Part shown: one piece after another, positions 1-9,460 of the stretch
Numbering within the stretch: the stretch's first letter is position 1
Layout: each line of letters starts with the position of its first letter
IMG/VR virus record: IMGVR_UViG_3300045837_000026
Span: 1-51,013 of that record
Reading direction: 5' to 3' (one strand)
Origin: a virus
Taxonomy: Duplodnaviria; Caudoviricetes
DNA: 51,013 nt
Program-made: the position numbers and the translations under genes
Notes under the pieces: generated by a model
What the model was told of the DNA's origin: nothing
The model's input: only the letters and a program-made list of their open reading frames with translations
Database searches by the model: none

Positions 1-233
1 ACTTCGCTTGGGCCGACCCGGCGAGCGTGAACACGAGTCAGGCGAGCCAATCCGGTTGGCAGATTGGTTTTGTCCACCGTGAAAACAATGCCATCATCAC
101 GCAGTTCCTTGCGGAATATGCGTACCTAATTCCGGGCGGATATCCGGTGACGTTGTTCTCTCAGGGCGATTTCTGGGCCAAGTTCCTGAGCGGTGCAGTG
201 CCCGGTCAGTCCGTGTATGCGGACAGCGTGACC
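1..233. repeat. Terminal direct repeat (circular assembly overlap), left copy
   Basis: Matches 50781-51013 except one base (A128 vs G50908; CTA/CTG, synonymous Leu). Confidence 0.97.
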
Positions 234-548
234 GGCGCCCCGATCGCGGCGGCGGCCGGCGTAGCGGGCGCGCAGGCGTTCACCGGTGCCATTGCTGGAA
301 CGACCCTCACGGTGTCGGCGGCGACCGGCCTTGTGCTGCCCGGCGCGTCCGTGGCTGGCACCGGCGTTGCGGCCGGTACCGTGATCCTGAAGCAGCTCAC
401 CGGCACCGCGAACGGCGCGGGTACCTATCAGGTGTCGGTATCTCAAACCGTCGCGAGTGAAGCTCTGACGAGCACGCTCGTTGCCACTCCGTGGCTGGCG
501 AACAGCAAAGCGGCGGCCGGCGAACTCGCCAAAATCTCGACTTGGTAA
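1..548 (+). CDS. Capsid decoration/cement protein paralog 2, 3' part (gene starts at ATG 50642 and crosses the junction; about 228 aa)
   Basis: ORF 27..548 is in frame with ATG 50642 across the overlap. GFVHREN, GDFW, GQxVYAD and ELAKISTW motifs are shared with the neighbouring paralogs. Confidence 0.85.
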   Translation, partial: FAWADPASVNTSQASQSGWQIGFVHRENNAIITQFLAEYAYLIPGGYPVTLFSQGDFWAKFLSGAVPGQSVYADSVTGAPIAAAAGVAGAQAFTGAIAGTTLTVSAATGLVLPGASVAGTGVAAGTVILKQLTGTANGAGTYQVSVSQTVASEALTSTLVATPWLANSKAAAGELAKISTW

Positions 549-559
549 GGTAGGCTCGC

Positions 560-1138
560 ATGGGTTTTCAGACGATCATCAATCGGCAGCCGGGGCTTGC
601 GGTTGAGGGCGATTTCGCCGACGCGAACGTGCGGGCCAACGTGCTCGCGCCCCCTTCGGTGCCGAATCAGGGGCCGAGCGGATATCCCGGCGCGGCCGGC
701 GTTGTCGCAATGATTGCGGCGCCGCTTGCCCTCACGTCTGGGCTCTTGCCCGTAATCGGGTATTTCGCGTGGCTCGACCAAGTGACCGGGTACGTGCAGC
801 TCTCGAACAACGTGCCGGGCGGCGACGGAGCGGCGAAAATCGGATTCGTGGGACGCCAAGGCAATCTGGCCAACGCGGCGATGTTGCAGCAGTTTCTCGC
901 GGATGACACTCTGCTTGTGCTGCCCGGCCGTGAAATCACGCTCTATGACCAGGGCTCATTTTGGGGCCGCTTCGCTGGCGGCGCGACAGTCGGTCAGAAA
1001 GTGTTTGCCGGCAATGGTGCGGCACAGCTCGCGTCGGCCGCAGCCGGGGCTGTCGTGCCCGGCTACATCGAAACCAATTTCTACGTGGACAGCCCGGCCG
1101 GCAACGGCGAGCTTGCCAAATTCTCAACCTGGGGTTAA
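560..1138 (+). CDS. Capsid decoration/cement protein paralog 3
   Basis: MGFQ..IN.QPG.AVEGDFA.AN start; GFVGR, GSFW, GQKVFA and ELAKFSTW motifs; immediately upstream of the major capsid gene. Confidence 0.8.
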   Translation: MGFQTIINRQPGLAVEGDFADANVRANVLAPPSVPNQGPSGYPGAAGVVAMIAAPLALTSGLLPVIGYFAWLDQVTGYVQLSNNVPGGDGAAKIGFVGRQGNLANAAMLQQFLADDTLLVLPGREITLYDQGSFWGRFAGGATVGQKVFAGNGAAQLASAAAGAVVPGYIETNFYVDSPAGNGELAKFSTWG

Positions 1139-1144
1139 TTGACA

Positions 1145-2251
1145 ATGCGTATCCGTAATGCTACCCGACTGGCGTTCGACGGCGCTCGTTTCAGCGAAGC
1201 CGTGAAGGCCGGTCACATTTCGGCGATTCTCCAAGCGCTGGAACAGCGTGCGGGTATCGTGTTTGACTCGCGGGCTCATGACATTCGCGGCGTTCTGCCG
1301 CGCGTCATTGATCCCGAAACGAAGGCGATCGGCGACCTTGACACGATCGCGATGGACGCCCAGCCGCAGCTCGTTACCGTGAGCAACGCGGGCATCCCGG
1401 CGTTTTTGACCAACTACCTTGATCCGAAACTTATCGAGGTGTTGGTTTCGCCGATGAAGGCGGCCGTGATTGCGGGAGAAACTAAAAAGGGCGACTGGAC
1501 TACCACGGTTGCAACCTTCCCGGTCATCGAGTCGGACGGTGAAGTTTCCAGCTACGGTGACTTCAACTCGAACGGCAGCGTGAACGCCAACGCGAACTTC
1601 CCGCAGCGCCAGAGCTACCACTACCAGACTTTCACGCAATGGGGCGAGAAAGAGCTGGCCGTTGCGGCGCTCGCGAAAATCGATTGGGCCTCCCGGCTCA
1701 ACATCGCGTCCGCGCTAGTGTTGAACAAGTATCAGAACCTGACGTACTTCTTCGGTGTGGCCGGGCTTCAGAATTACGGTCTCCTGAATGACCCCGCGTT
1801 GCCCGCGTCCATCGCGCCGACGACCACGTGGAACAACGCGACCGGCGATGTTATTTACACCGATTGGGTGCGCCTGTTCCAGCAGCTTCAGACGCAGGCG
1901 AACGGCACGATCGATGCCGAGACGCGCATGACGGCGGCAATGTCGCCGGTCAACGCGGTGAACCTGAACAAGACGAACCAGTACAACGTCAACGTGTACG
2001 ACCAGCTCAAGAAGAATTTTCCGAATCTGCGCATTGAGACTGCGCCGGAATATTCGACGACGAGCGGCGAGCTTGTGCAGCTCATCGTTGACGAGGTGGA
2101 CGGTCAAGAGACCCTCACGGCGGCGTTCACCGAGAAGATGCGCGCCCATGCGATGGTAACGGACACGTCCTCTTTCAAGCAGAAGAAGTCGCAGGGTACT
2201 TGGGGCACCGTGATTTTCCGCCCCGTGTACGTTGCGTCGATGCTCGGCTAA
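1145..2251 (+). CDS. Major capsid protein (DUF2184-type, HK97 fold)
   Basis: AMDAQPQLVT.SNAGIPAFLTNY, KKGDWTT, RQSYHYQT and YGLLNDP motifs typical of Bcep781-like capsids; position in head module. Confidence 0.92.
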   Translation: MRIRNATRLAFDGARFSEAVKAGHISAILQALEQRAGIVFDSRAHDIRGVLPRVIDPETKAIGDLDTIAMDAQPQLVTVSNAGIPAFLTNYLDPKLIEVLVSPMKAAVIAGETKKGDWTTTVATFPVIESDGEVSSYGDFNSNGSVNANANFPQRQSYHYQTFTQWGEKELAVAALAKIDWASRLNIASALVLNKYQNLTYFFGVAGLQNYGLLNDPALPASIAPTTTWNNATGDVIYTDWVRLFQQLQTQANGTIDAETRMTAAMSPVNAVNLNKTNQYNVNVYDQLKKNFPNLRIETAPEYSTTSGELVQLIVDEVDGQETLTAAFTEKMRAHAMVTDTSSFKQKKSQGTWGTVIFRPVYVASMLG

Positions 2252-2300
2252 AAGCCGGCGTTTCCTCGGGAACGGGCCAAGGACGGCCCACGGGGCGGGT

Positions 2301-2813
2301 ATGCTAGGCGCGTTCTACCGTTACAGTACCCCGCCCCGGCCGCCTCCGGTCGAAGGCGGGTTTGCCTCCTTCAATTCTCGATTCCAAGCCGTGGCCGGTG
2401 CTGGTGGGCTCGTATGCGGGCCGGCCGGCGTGACCGTTGCGCGCTTCGGTTGGGTAGACTTCAATTCGGGGCTGGTCTACAGTGCCCGTCAGGCCCCCTC
2501 GAACCGCTTGGGGTTCGTTCTACCCGTCAACGGCACATGGCAGAAAATATACCGCACAACGTCCGCCTCGGACGGAACCTGCATACGCGTACTCAGGGCC
2601 GGGCTTCCCGTGACCGTGTGTCTACGCGGCGACTTTTACGTGCGATTCTTAGGCGGCGCTTCGCCCGGACAGGCGGTTTATGCGAACCCGTTGGACGGCA
2701 CCCCTTCTGCGGGGGTAGTATCCGGCTTCGAGCTTACCCCGTGGACAGTCGTCGCGGGCTGTAATCCGGGCGGGCTCGGCATTATAAGCACGTGGGCGAC
2801 ATTCAGCCCGTAA
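2301..2813 (+). CDS. Capsid decoration/cement protein paralog 4 (divergent)
   Basis: VEGGFAS.N, VARFGW, LGFV, GDFYVRF.GGA.PGQAVYA and IISTW motifs match paralogs 1-3; ATG 2301 chosen as start. Confidence 0.75.
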   Translation: MLGAFYRYSTPPRPPPVEGGFASFNSRFQAVAGAGGLVCGPAGVTVARFGWVDFNSGLVYSARQAPSNRLGFVLPVNGTWQKIYRTTSASDGTCIRVLRAGLPVTVCLRGDFYVRFLGGASPGQAVYANPLDGTPSAGVVSGFELTPWTVVAGCNPGGLGIISTWATFSP

Positions 2814-2827
2814 CCATTGAGGCACGC

Positions 2828-3232
2828 ATGAGCGGTATTTGTGTTGTTGGTTGCAAGCTCCCGAACGGCTTGATTGTTGAGTTGGGCAAGCCGGGCACGT
2901 CGAGCTACAAGCGTATCACGCTTCAGGGCGCGAACGCATCTCGCATTGTTGGCGGGTACGGCCTCACGCCGAACGTTGACAAAGACGCGATGGAATCCTG
3001 GCTCAAACAGAACGCGGAACTCGCATACGTCAAAAACGGGTCCGTGTTCATCCAGGCCGACACGAAGTCGGCTGAAGCTCGCGCCAAGGAAGGACGCAAC
3101 GAGAAAACCGGGCTCGAACCGGTGAACCCGCTGGAGAAGCGCCCCGGTATCGTCGTTGACGAGGAAGCTGCGAAGGCGTACCGCAAGCAGGTTGCCGAGA
3201 ATCCGACTCGCAACCGTCAGATCATCGAGTAA
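2828..3232 (+). CDS. Conserved virion/head-completion region protein
   Basis: VGCKLPNGL, GGYGLT.NVDKD and KTGLEP motifs recalled from the post-capsid gene of this phage group; GAGG SD. Confidence 0.65.
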   Translation: MSGICVVGCKLPNGLIVELGKPGTSSYKRITLQGANASRIVGGYGLTPNVDKDAMESWLKQNAELAYVKNGSVFIQADTKSAEARAKEGRNEKTGLEPVNPLEKRPGIVVDEEAAKAYRKQVAENPTRNRQIIE

Positions 3233-3241
3233 AACCGTATC

Positions 3242-3769
3242 ATGACTGTCGTGGCGTGTCCCCCGTATCAGGCTCCGGTTCACGGTGTCGTTGAGTATTC
3301 CGACGCTGAATTTTTGCAGTCGTACCCGGAGTTTACCTCGAACGGGTCGCCCACGACACGACAGTCATGTTTTACGCTCGCGACGTTCATTCTCCGCAAT
3401 AGCTGCAACGACTGTTTCGGAATCGATGATGCGAACCAACGTCAGCTTTTGCTATATCTGCTGACGGCACATTTCATCCAACTTCGGTATGGAGTGAACG
3501 GCCAACCCGCCAGTGGCGTTGTTGGCCGTGTGAGTGATGCGACCGAAGGAAGCGTGAGTGTTGGGCTTGATTGGCCTGAGCAGCCCAACGCAGCTTGGTT
3601 TGCGCAAACACAGTACGGCGCCACATTCTGGCAGCTCACCGCACCGTTCCGCACCGCACGATACTTTCCCGCTCCGCAAGGATGTGACTGCGGCCCCCTC
3701 GAAGGGGCTGGCGCGTGGCTCGGTCCAACGGGGACCGGCTGGCCGGGATGGAATGGTGGAAGCTCCTGA
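3242..3769 (+). CDS. Head-tail adaptor (DUF4054-like)
   Basis: F...YPEF, LL.LLTAH, GRVS.ATEGSVSV and WF.QTQYGA.FW motifs. Confidence 0.85.
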   Translation: MTVVACPPYQAPVHGVVEYSDAEFLQSYPEFTSNGSPTTRQSCFTLATFILRNSCNDCFGIDDANQRQLLLYLLTAHFIQLRYGVNGQPASGVVGRVSDATEGSVSVGLDWPEQPNAAWFAQTQYGATFWQLTAPFRTARYFPAPQGCDCGPLEGAGAWLGPTGTGWPGWNGGSS

Positions 3770-3902
3770 CGAAACGTTCAGTATTCATTTTCCGGCGTTG
3801 CTCCGGTTTCGACTGTGGCTCGCCGCGTTGTTGGTCCGACTAGCTCAACGAATCCTCGGCGGTTTGGTTCCCGATATCCTAGACCTACATGGCGACTCGT
3901 AA
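3753..3902 (+). CDS. Small hydrophobic hypothetical protein (49 aa)
   Basis: ATG 3753 ORF fills the gap between two neck genes and overlaps both. Confidence 0.4.
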   Translation: MVEAPDETFSIHFPALLRFRLWLAALLVRLAQRILGGLVPDILDLHGDS

Positions 3903-4353
3903 TCTGAATTGGGGAAACGCGCGCTTCGTGCGGACGCTCGAAAACATGGCACAGCGCATGGGCACGGGGGGAACTGTTCGAGTTGGGTTTCTCGAAGGGG
4001 CCGCATATCCCGAAGACGAGTCAGGCAAGTCACTCTCGGTCGCAACCGTGGCGTTCTGGGACGAGTTTGGAACCAAAAACTCGCCGCCCCGCCCCTACTT
4101 CCGACGCATGGTTGCGAAGGAGTCGCCGAATTGGGGCCGCAAGCTCGCGGCCGTCGCGCGCCATGCGAACTACAACGTGAAAACGACGCTTACTCTCATG
4201 GGCGAAGGCATTAAAGACCAGCTCGTGACTAGCATCAATGAATTTTCCGACCCTCCCAACGCGCCCTCGACGATCGCCAAAAAGGGGTTCGACAAGCCGC
4301 TGATTCACACAGCGCTCATGATTCGCTCCGTCGATTACGAGGTGCGACTGTGA
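3889..4353 (+). CDS. Virion morphogenesis/neck protein
   Basis: VRVGFLEGA.YP, EFGT..SPPRPYFR and PPNAPSTIAKKGFDKPLI motifs. Confidence 0.85.
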   Translation: MATRNLNWGNARFVRTLENMAQRMGTGGTVRVGFLEGAAYPEDESGKSLSVATVAFWDEFGTKNSPPRPYFRRMVAKESPNWGRKLAAVARHANYNVKTTLTLMGEGIKDQLVTSINEFSDPPNAPSTIAKKGFDKPLIHTALMIRSVDYEVRL

Positions 4354-4757
4354 ACCTCCACGGCATTGTTCGCCCCGCGATCACGACCGTGAACCCGGAT
4401 ACGGCTGTACCGTGGCTGAAGTCTACCGGCTACACGACCAACGCGGCCGGCGACAGAATTCCGAGCTACGCGGCCCCTGTGACGATCCAGGCGCAGATAC
4501 AGGCCGCGACCAGTGACGATTTAGAGCACGTGGCGGGCATCAGTCAGCAAGGCGATTACCGCGCCGTATACTGTTATGGGAAGATCGCCGGCATTGATCG
4601 ACCGGACCAAACGGGCGGCGACGTGTTGCAGTTCCCCGAGATACCGGGCGGCACGGTGCGGGATTGGCTAGTGGTCAAGGGCGACGAACAATGGCCTGAT
4701 TGGTGCCGCGTCATCGTGAGGCTACAAACCTCGCCGCCAATTCCGGGGCAGCCGTAA
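4350..4757 (+). CDS. Head closure/head-tail connector protein
   Basis: MNLHGIV..AI..VNP, AQIQA, GGD.L.F and WLVV...EQWPDW motifs; position. Confidence 0.75.
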   Translation: MNLHGIVRPAITTVNPDTAVPWLKSTGYTTNAAGDRIPSYAAPVTIQAQIQAATSDDLEHVAGISQQGDYRAVYCYGKIAGIDRPDQTGGDVLQFPEIPGGTVRDWLVVKGDEQWPDWCRVIVRLQTSPPIPGQP

Positions 4758-5296
4758 TGCCGCAGACAATCACGCCGACACTCGACGATGTGAACACTGC
4801 GTTGCGCTCGTTCCTGCTGTCGATAGTTCCCGCAGGAACCGAGGTGTTTAAGGCCGCGCAGAATCGCGCGGGCGCTCCATTGCCGTCAAACGGGTACGTG
4901 ACGTTCATGGAAATGTTCGACAAGCGGCTTCGCACGTCGATTGATTCCTATGATTTTACGGCGGTGAATCCCACAACGTTGACCGTCGAGCAAGGCATAG
5001 AGTTGACGTATCAGCTCGACTTTTTCGGCCCGCTCGGGGGCAATTGGGCGGCAATGGTTACGACCCTGCTACGGGATGACTACGGCGCTCAAGCGCTCGC
5101 CCCCGCAGCGCAGCCGCTATACTGCGATGATGCCCGGCGCGATCCGACGTACGTGAACGATGAAGGGCAATATGAGGGGCGATGGATCGTGACGGCGGCC
5201 CTGCAATGGAACCCCCAGGTGACCCCGACGCAGCAGTTCGCCAATACGCTCGGGCCGGTCGGCATCGTGGACGTGGACGCCATCATTCCGCCCTGA
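4757..5296 (+). CDS. Tail completion/neck terminator protein
   Basis: TAATG-coupled start; QLDFFG, LRDDY, PLYCDD and QYE.RW...LQWNP motifs; precedes the sheath gene. Confidence 0.75.
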   Translation: MPQTITPTLDDVNTALRSFLLSIVPAGTEVFKAAQNRAGAPLPSNGYVTFMEMFDKRLRTSIDSYDFTAVNPTTLTVEQGIELTYQLDFFGPLGGNWAAMVTTLLRDDYGAQALAPAAQPLYCDDARRDPTYVNDEGQYEGRWIVTAALQWNPQVTPTQQFANTLGPVGIVDVDAIIPP

Positions 5297-5357
5297 TATT
5301 ATGTTGTGTGCGTGTAGCTAGGCAACGATTCTGCCAGCGTGGTCAGTATTCACCAGT

Positions 5358-5373
5358 TTGACGAGAGTGTCAA
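5358..5373. promoter_or_regulatory. Palindromic box TTGACGAGAGTGTCAA overlapping the sheath RBS
   Basis: Variant of the repeated TTGACG-N4-CGTCAA motif, 3 nt before ATG 5377. Confidence 0.55.
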
Positions 5374-5376
5374 CCC

Positions 5377-6915
5377 ATGACTTCGATCCCGGCAAGCCAA
5401 ATTGTCAACGTGATTCCCGGTGTGCTCGGGACCGGTGGCAATCCTCTTTCATTGAACGCGGTCTTTCTGACTCCTGACACGTCTATTCCGATCGGCACTG
5501 TCAAGTCGTTCGCGAGTTACGACGACGTAGCCGCATGGTTCGGTGCGGGCTCGAACGAAGCCGCATTGGCCCAGGTGTATTTCAATGGCTTCATTGGCTG
5601 CACCGCGCTCCCGTCCGCGCTGCTGTTCGCTCAGTACAACACTGCGAACGTCGCAGGATATCTGCGCGGTAGCACGTTCGGGGTCAACGCTCCGCTGTCG
5701 TCCATTACTTCCCTGTCAGGCACAATCGCCATTTCGATCGATGGTGGCGCCGTGCTCACGTCGGCAAACATCAACCTTGCGACCGCGACGAGTTTCACGA
5801 ACGCGGCGGCGTTGATTACGACCGGGTTCACGAGTGCAACTACGCCGATCCCGGCTACCTGCACATGGGACGCGCAGCGCAACGCGTTCGTCATCACTTC
5901 CAACACGACTGGCGCGAGCAGCTCCGTTGCGTTCCCAACGGTCGATTCGATCGTTACCGGACTCAAGCTGTCGGCGGCGACCGGCGCGGTACAATCGCCC
6001 GGTGCGGTCGCGGCGGTGGAAGCCACCCTCATGAACGGGATTGTTGCCCAGACTCAGAATTGGGCGACGTTCATGTGCGTGGCCGAGCCGACGCTCACGA
6101 AAAAGCTCGCGTTCGCGGTGTGGGTCAACGGTCAAAACGACCGCTACATGTATGTCGCCAACGACAGCTCGACCCTCGCCTACGACACGGCAAACGACAG
6201 TTTCGGGTATCAGGTGAAGGCTGCGGCGTACGACGGCGTATTCCCGCTCTACGACCCATTGACGGCCGTCACCAACACGTTGTCGCAGGCAAACGCGAGC
6301 CTCAAGGCGGCGTTCGTATGCGGTACCACAGCGTCTATCAATTTCAACGAGACCAACGGTCGCATCACGTTCGACTTCAAAGGCCAATCCGGCCTTGCCG
6401 CCGACGTTGTTGACGCGACCACGGCCGCGAATTTGACTGCGAACGGCTACAACTTCTATGCGGCGTATGCCACCGCCAATCAGCAGTTCGTGTTCCTCCA
6501 GCCCGGACAGGTACCGGGCCGCTGGCTGTGGGCTGACCCGTACGTAAATCAAATCTGGCTGAACTCGAATTTCCAGCTTGCGTTGATGACGCTTTTGACC
6601 AACGTCAAGAGCATTCCGTACACGACGCAGGGCTATGGGCTGGTGCGCGCCGCGTTGCGTGACACCATTGACGCTGCGTTGAACGCAGGCGTGATCCGCT
6701 CCGGCGTGAGCTTGAGCAGCTCTCAGGCGGCGCAGGTCAATGCAGCGGCCGGTGTCTCGATTTCCGACGCGCTGCAAAACACCGGCTGGTATCTGCAAGT
6801 GAAGGACCCCGGCGCGCTCGTGCGCGGCCAGCGTGGTACGCCCAATATGACGTTCTGGTACACCGATGGCGGCAGTATCCAAAAACTGACGCTCGCCTCA
6901 ATCGACATCGAGTAA
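5377..6915 (+). CDS. Tail sheath protein (DUF3383-like)
   Basis: SIPASQIVNVIPGV, QNWATF, GRITF.FKGQSGL, NGYNFY, SIPY...GY and FWYTDGGSIQK motifs; 512 aa. Confidence 0.92.
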   Translation: MTSIPASQIVNVIPGVLGTGGNPLSLNAVFLTPDTSIPIGTVKSFASYDDVAAWFGAGSNEAALAQVYFNGFIGCTALPSALLFAQYNTANVAGYLRGSTFGVNAPLSSITSLSGTIAISIDGGAVLTSANINLATATSFTNAAALITTGFTSATTPIPATCTWDAQRNAFVITSNTTGASSSVAFPTVDSIVTGLKLSAATGAVQSPGAVAAVEATLMNGIVAQTQNWATFMCVAEPTLTKKLAFAVWVNGQNDRYMYVANDSSTLAYDTANDSFGYQVKAAAYDGVFPLYDPLTAVTNTLSQANASLKAAFVCGTTASINFNETNGRITFDFKGQSGLAADVVDATTAANLTANGYNFYAAYATANQQFVFLQPGQVPGRWLWADPYVNQIWLNSNFQLALMTLLTNVKSIPYTTQGYGLVRAALRDTIDAALNAGVIRSGVSLSSSQAAQVNAAAGVSISDALQNTGWYLQVKDPGALVRGQRGTPNMTFWYTDGGSIQKLTLASIDIE

Positions 6916-6919
6916 GCAC

Positions 6920-7351
6920 ATGTCAACGATTACCTCGGCCAATAGTCAGTTCATCCTTCGTATTCCGAGCGTATTTCCGGCGCCGGTTCCGCTCCAGGGA
7001 TATGCGACAGACGACGCGTTTGCTGTCGAGCCGTTCGACATCGGCGAGGCGCAAATGGGCGTTGACGGCATCATGTCGGCGGGATTTGTGCCGGCCGTCA
7101 AACGCATGACCGTGACATTCCAGGCCGACAGCCCCTCACTTATCGTGATGGACGGCTGGGTTGGCGCCGAAGAGGCAGCTCGCGAGAAGTTTTTCGCAAG
7201 CGCGGTGATTCTCCTCCCGTCAGTCGGCAAGGAGTATCGATTCACGAAGGGCGCACTGATTCAGGCAAAGAAACTGCCCGACGCGCGCCGCGTGTTGCAG
7301 CCCGTTTCGTATGTCATCGCGTGGCAGGACATCGCACCGGTTCAAGTCTAA
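6920..7351 (+). CDS. Tail tube protein
   Basis: TITSAN, LQGYATDDAF, MGVDG.MSAG and FQADSPS motifs; follows the sheath gene. Confidence 0.85.
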   Translation: MSTITSANSQFILRIPSVFPAPVPLQGYATDDAFAVEPFDIGEAQMGVDGIMSAGFVPAVKRMTVTFQADSPSLIVMDGWVGAEEAAREKFFASAVILLPSVGKEYRFTKGALIQAKKLPDARRVLQPVSYVIAWQDIAPVQV

Positions 7352-7369
7352 CCTTCGAGGCTTCCGCAC

Positions 7370-7780
7370 ATGGCCCGCAAAGTTGAACGCATCACGATCA
7401 CGGACGAAGGACGCGACAAGGGCAAAGTCTTCGTCCTTACAGAAATGGCCGCCGACAAGGCCGAGCGCTGGGCTATCCGCGCATTGCTCGCGCTGACCAA
7501 CTCGGGCGTAGACATTCCAGCCGACGCGGCCAACGCGGGCATGGCGGGCATTGCGGCGGCTGGGTTCGAGGCGTTGGGTCGCATCAAGTTCGAGGATGTC
7601 GAGCCGTTGCTCGACGAGATGTTTGAATGCGTTCAGCATGAGCCCAGGCCCGGTGTGTGCATGCCGATCATCAAGGGCGAAGGCTCCCAAATCGAGGAAA
7701 TCAAGACGCGGTTTCGGTTGCGTAAGGAGCTGTTCCGGCTGCATACGGGTTTTTTCTCGGACGCCGCACCCCAGACTTAG
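7370..7780 (+). CDS. Tail assembly chaperone (gpG analogue)
   Basis: GRDKGKVF.LTEM.A..AE.WA.RA motif; between tube and tape measure; slippery site near the 3' end. Confidence 0.85.
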   Translation: MARKVERITITDEGRDKGKVFVLTEMAADKAERWAIRALLALTNSGVDIPADAANAGMAGIAAAGFEALGRIKFEDVEPLLDEMFECVQHEPRPGVCMPIIKGEGSQIEEIKTRFRLRKELFRLHTGFFSDAAPQT

Positions 7781-7989
7781 GGGTTGCGGCTACAGTCGGG
7801 CCGGACGTAAAGCTCATCGAGTATGTCAACCTTCCCCGTATCATCGGCACGCTAGTATCGAGTAAAATAGCCACGCTCGCGGAATTGCAAACCGTTTACG
7901 GCGTGGAAGATGCGTATAACCTGCTCGAAGTCGTTACGGTCGATTGTGTGAACCAGCGAATCTTAAACGCCCATGCCGACCGTAATTGA
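7747..7989 (+). CDS. -1 frameshift extension of the tail chaperone (gpGT analogue)
   Basis: G GGT TTT heptamer at 7747-7753; the -1 frame stays open to TGA 7987-7989 (..YVNLPRIIGTLVSSKIATLAELQTVYGVEDAYNLLEV..). Confidence 0.8.
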   Translation, partial: GFFLGRRTPDLGVAATVGPDVKLIEYVNLPRIIGTLVSSKIATLAELQTVYGVEDAYNLLEVVTVDCVNQRILNAHADRN

Positions 7990-9460
7990 CAGCCTCGCCG
8001 TTGAACTCGGCTTAGACCCGAAGAAATTCAAGAAGGGTTTACAGGAAGCCGCGAAAGACACGAAGGAAACGGAAAACGTTGTAGTAAAAGCGGCCGACCA
8101 TATGGTCGGAGCGCTTCACCGCGTCGCTACAGAATTCCTCGGGCTGTTCCTTGTCGTTCGGTCCGTCAGCGACGTTGTTGATTTCTTCGCGAACCTCAAC
8201 GAATCAACACGTCAGCTCGGAATCAACTCGCGAAATTTCGGCGTAGCCGCGAATGAGCTTCGCTCGTTGGGCAACGTCGCAGAGCTTGCAGGCGGCCAAG
8301 CGGATGATGCGCTCAAAACCGTTCAGGGGTTGACTCAGGCCGAGTTCAACCGTGAGCGCGGGTTTGGCGGCAATGACGAACGTTTGCAGACTCTCGCATA
8401 TCTGGGCGTTCCTTTCCAGGGCGAGCATGGCGGGCTCCGGGACATCAAGGGGATACTCCTTGATTTGAACCGTGTGTTGCAGCGGTTGCCTCAACCCGAG
8501 CGGTTACAGTTCGCGCAGAAAGCCGGCATACAGGGAGGGCTCGGGCTCGCCGTCGCAGAAGACCCCTCGAAGTTCCGTGCATATCTCGCGGAGCAGGAGC
8601 GGCAAATTGCGCTGCGCAAGCAGGATACCGACGCGGCCGAACGACTCGCGCGCGCATGGCTCTTGCTGCGTCAGGAAATGGAGCGGATTGCAACTCGCAT
8701 CCTGACGGATATTTCGCCAGCATTGGAGAAGCTGTTCCGACGCATTGGCGATTTTGTGACTACGCATCAAGGCGACATCACAAAAGGGTTTGACAAGGTA
8801 CTCGAATGGTTTAACGGCCCAGGACCGGGCCATGTCATTGACGCGTTGGTTCAAATAGGCGACGCGGCTATGAACGTCGCGAAGGCAATAAACGACATCG
8901 CTGAATTCTGGTTTGGAAAAACTGACAAGCCCGGCGAGGCGGCGATTGAGCCTGGAGTCAAACAAGGCTCTCTCCGTAGCCGCATCGAAGCCGCAATGGC
9001 CGTGCGGGGCGATATCAGCAAAATTGACGAGGTGCAGCTACGGGAATTATCCGGGCGTCATCGTGTTCCGGTCAATGTGTTGACTCAGGTACCGGGCGGA
9101 ATCAGCGGTGAGGAAGCCGCACGAGCGCTTGAGATTCTGCACGGCCGAGTCGGCGGCGACAAAGGCGACCCGGATTGGTCCAAGACTCTTGCCGAGTTCA
9201 AGCGTCGAACCGTGTTCACGGCCCCAAACCCGAACGCGTTGAATTCGGCACGCGGTGCCGTTCCTACCCCGAACGTGCCCCGCCGCCCCGCTGCGAACGA
9301 CTCAAAGCCAACGGCCATGAACTCGGGTACGAGCGTGCAAATCGACAACATGACGATCAATACTCGTGCGACGGATGCAAACGGTATCGCGGCAGATATG
9401 AATAGCGCGTTGCGTCGCAAACTCATGGTCGCACAAGCTGACGTTGGCATGGTGGCGTAA
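7973..9460 (+). CDS. Tape measure protein (495 aa)
   Basis: MPTVIDSL.VELGLD start, helical composition, C-terminal VQIDNMTINT.ATDANGIA.D motif; position. Confidence 0.85.
   Translation: MPTVIDSLAVELGLDPKKFKKGLQEAAKDTKETENVVVKAADHMVGALHRVATEFLGLFLVVRSVSDVVDFFANLNESTRQLGINSRNFGVAANELRSLGNVAELAGGQADDALKTVQGLTQAEFNRERGFGGNDERLQTLAYLGVPFQGEHGGLRDIKGILLDLNRVLQRLPQPERLQFAQKAGIQGGLGLAVAEDPSKFRAYLAEQERQIALRKQDTDAAERLARAWLLLRQEMERIATRILTDISPALEKLFRRIGDFVTTHQGDITKGFDKVLEWFNGPGPGHVIDALVQIGDAAMNVAKAINDIAEFWFGKTDKPGEAAIEPGVKQGSLRSRIEAAMAVRGDISKIDEVQLRELSGRHRVPVNVLTQVPGGISGEEAARALEILHGRVGGDKGDPDWSKTLAEFKRRTVFTAPNPNALNSARGAVPTPNVPRRPAANDSKPTAMNSGTSVQIDNMTINTRATDANGIAADMNSALRRKLMVAQADVGMVA

Noticed and set aside
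1-233. Biological terminal repeat of the virion DNA
   Set aside because: It falls mid-gene and is best explained as assembly overlap of a circularly permuted genome; the single synonymous mismatch may be strain variation or error.
5716-6882. Long antisense ORFs (here and opposite other structural genes)
   Set aside because: Shadow frames expected from GC-rich codon bias; no motifs or RBS.
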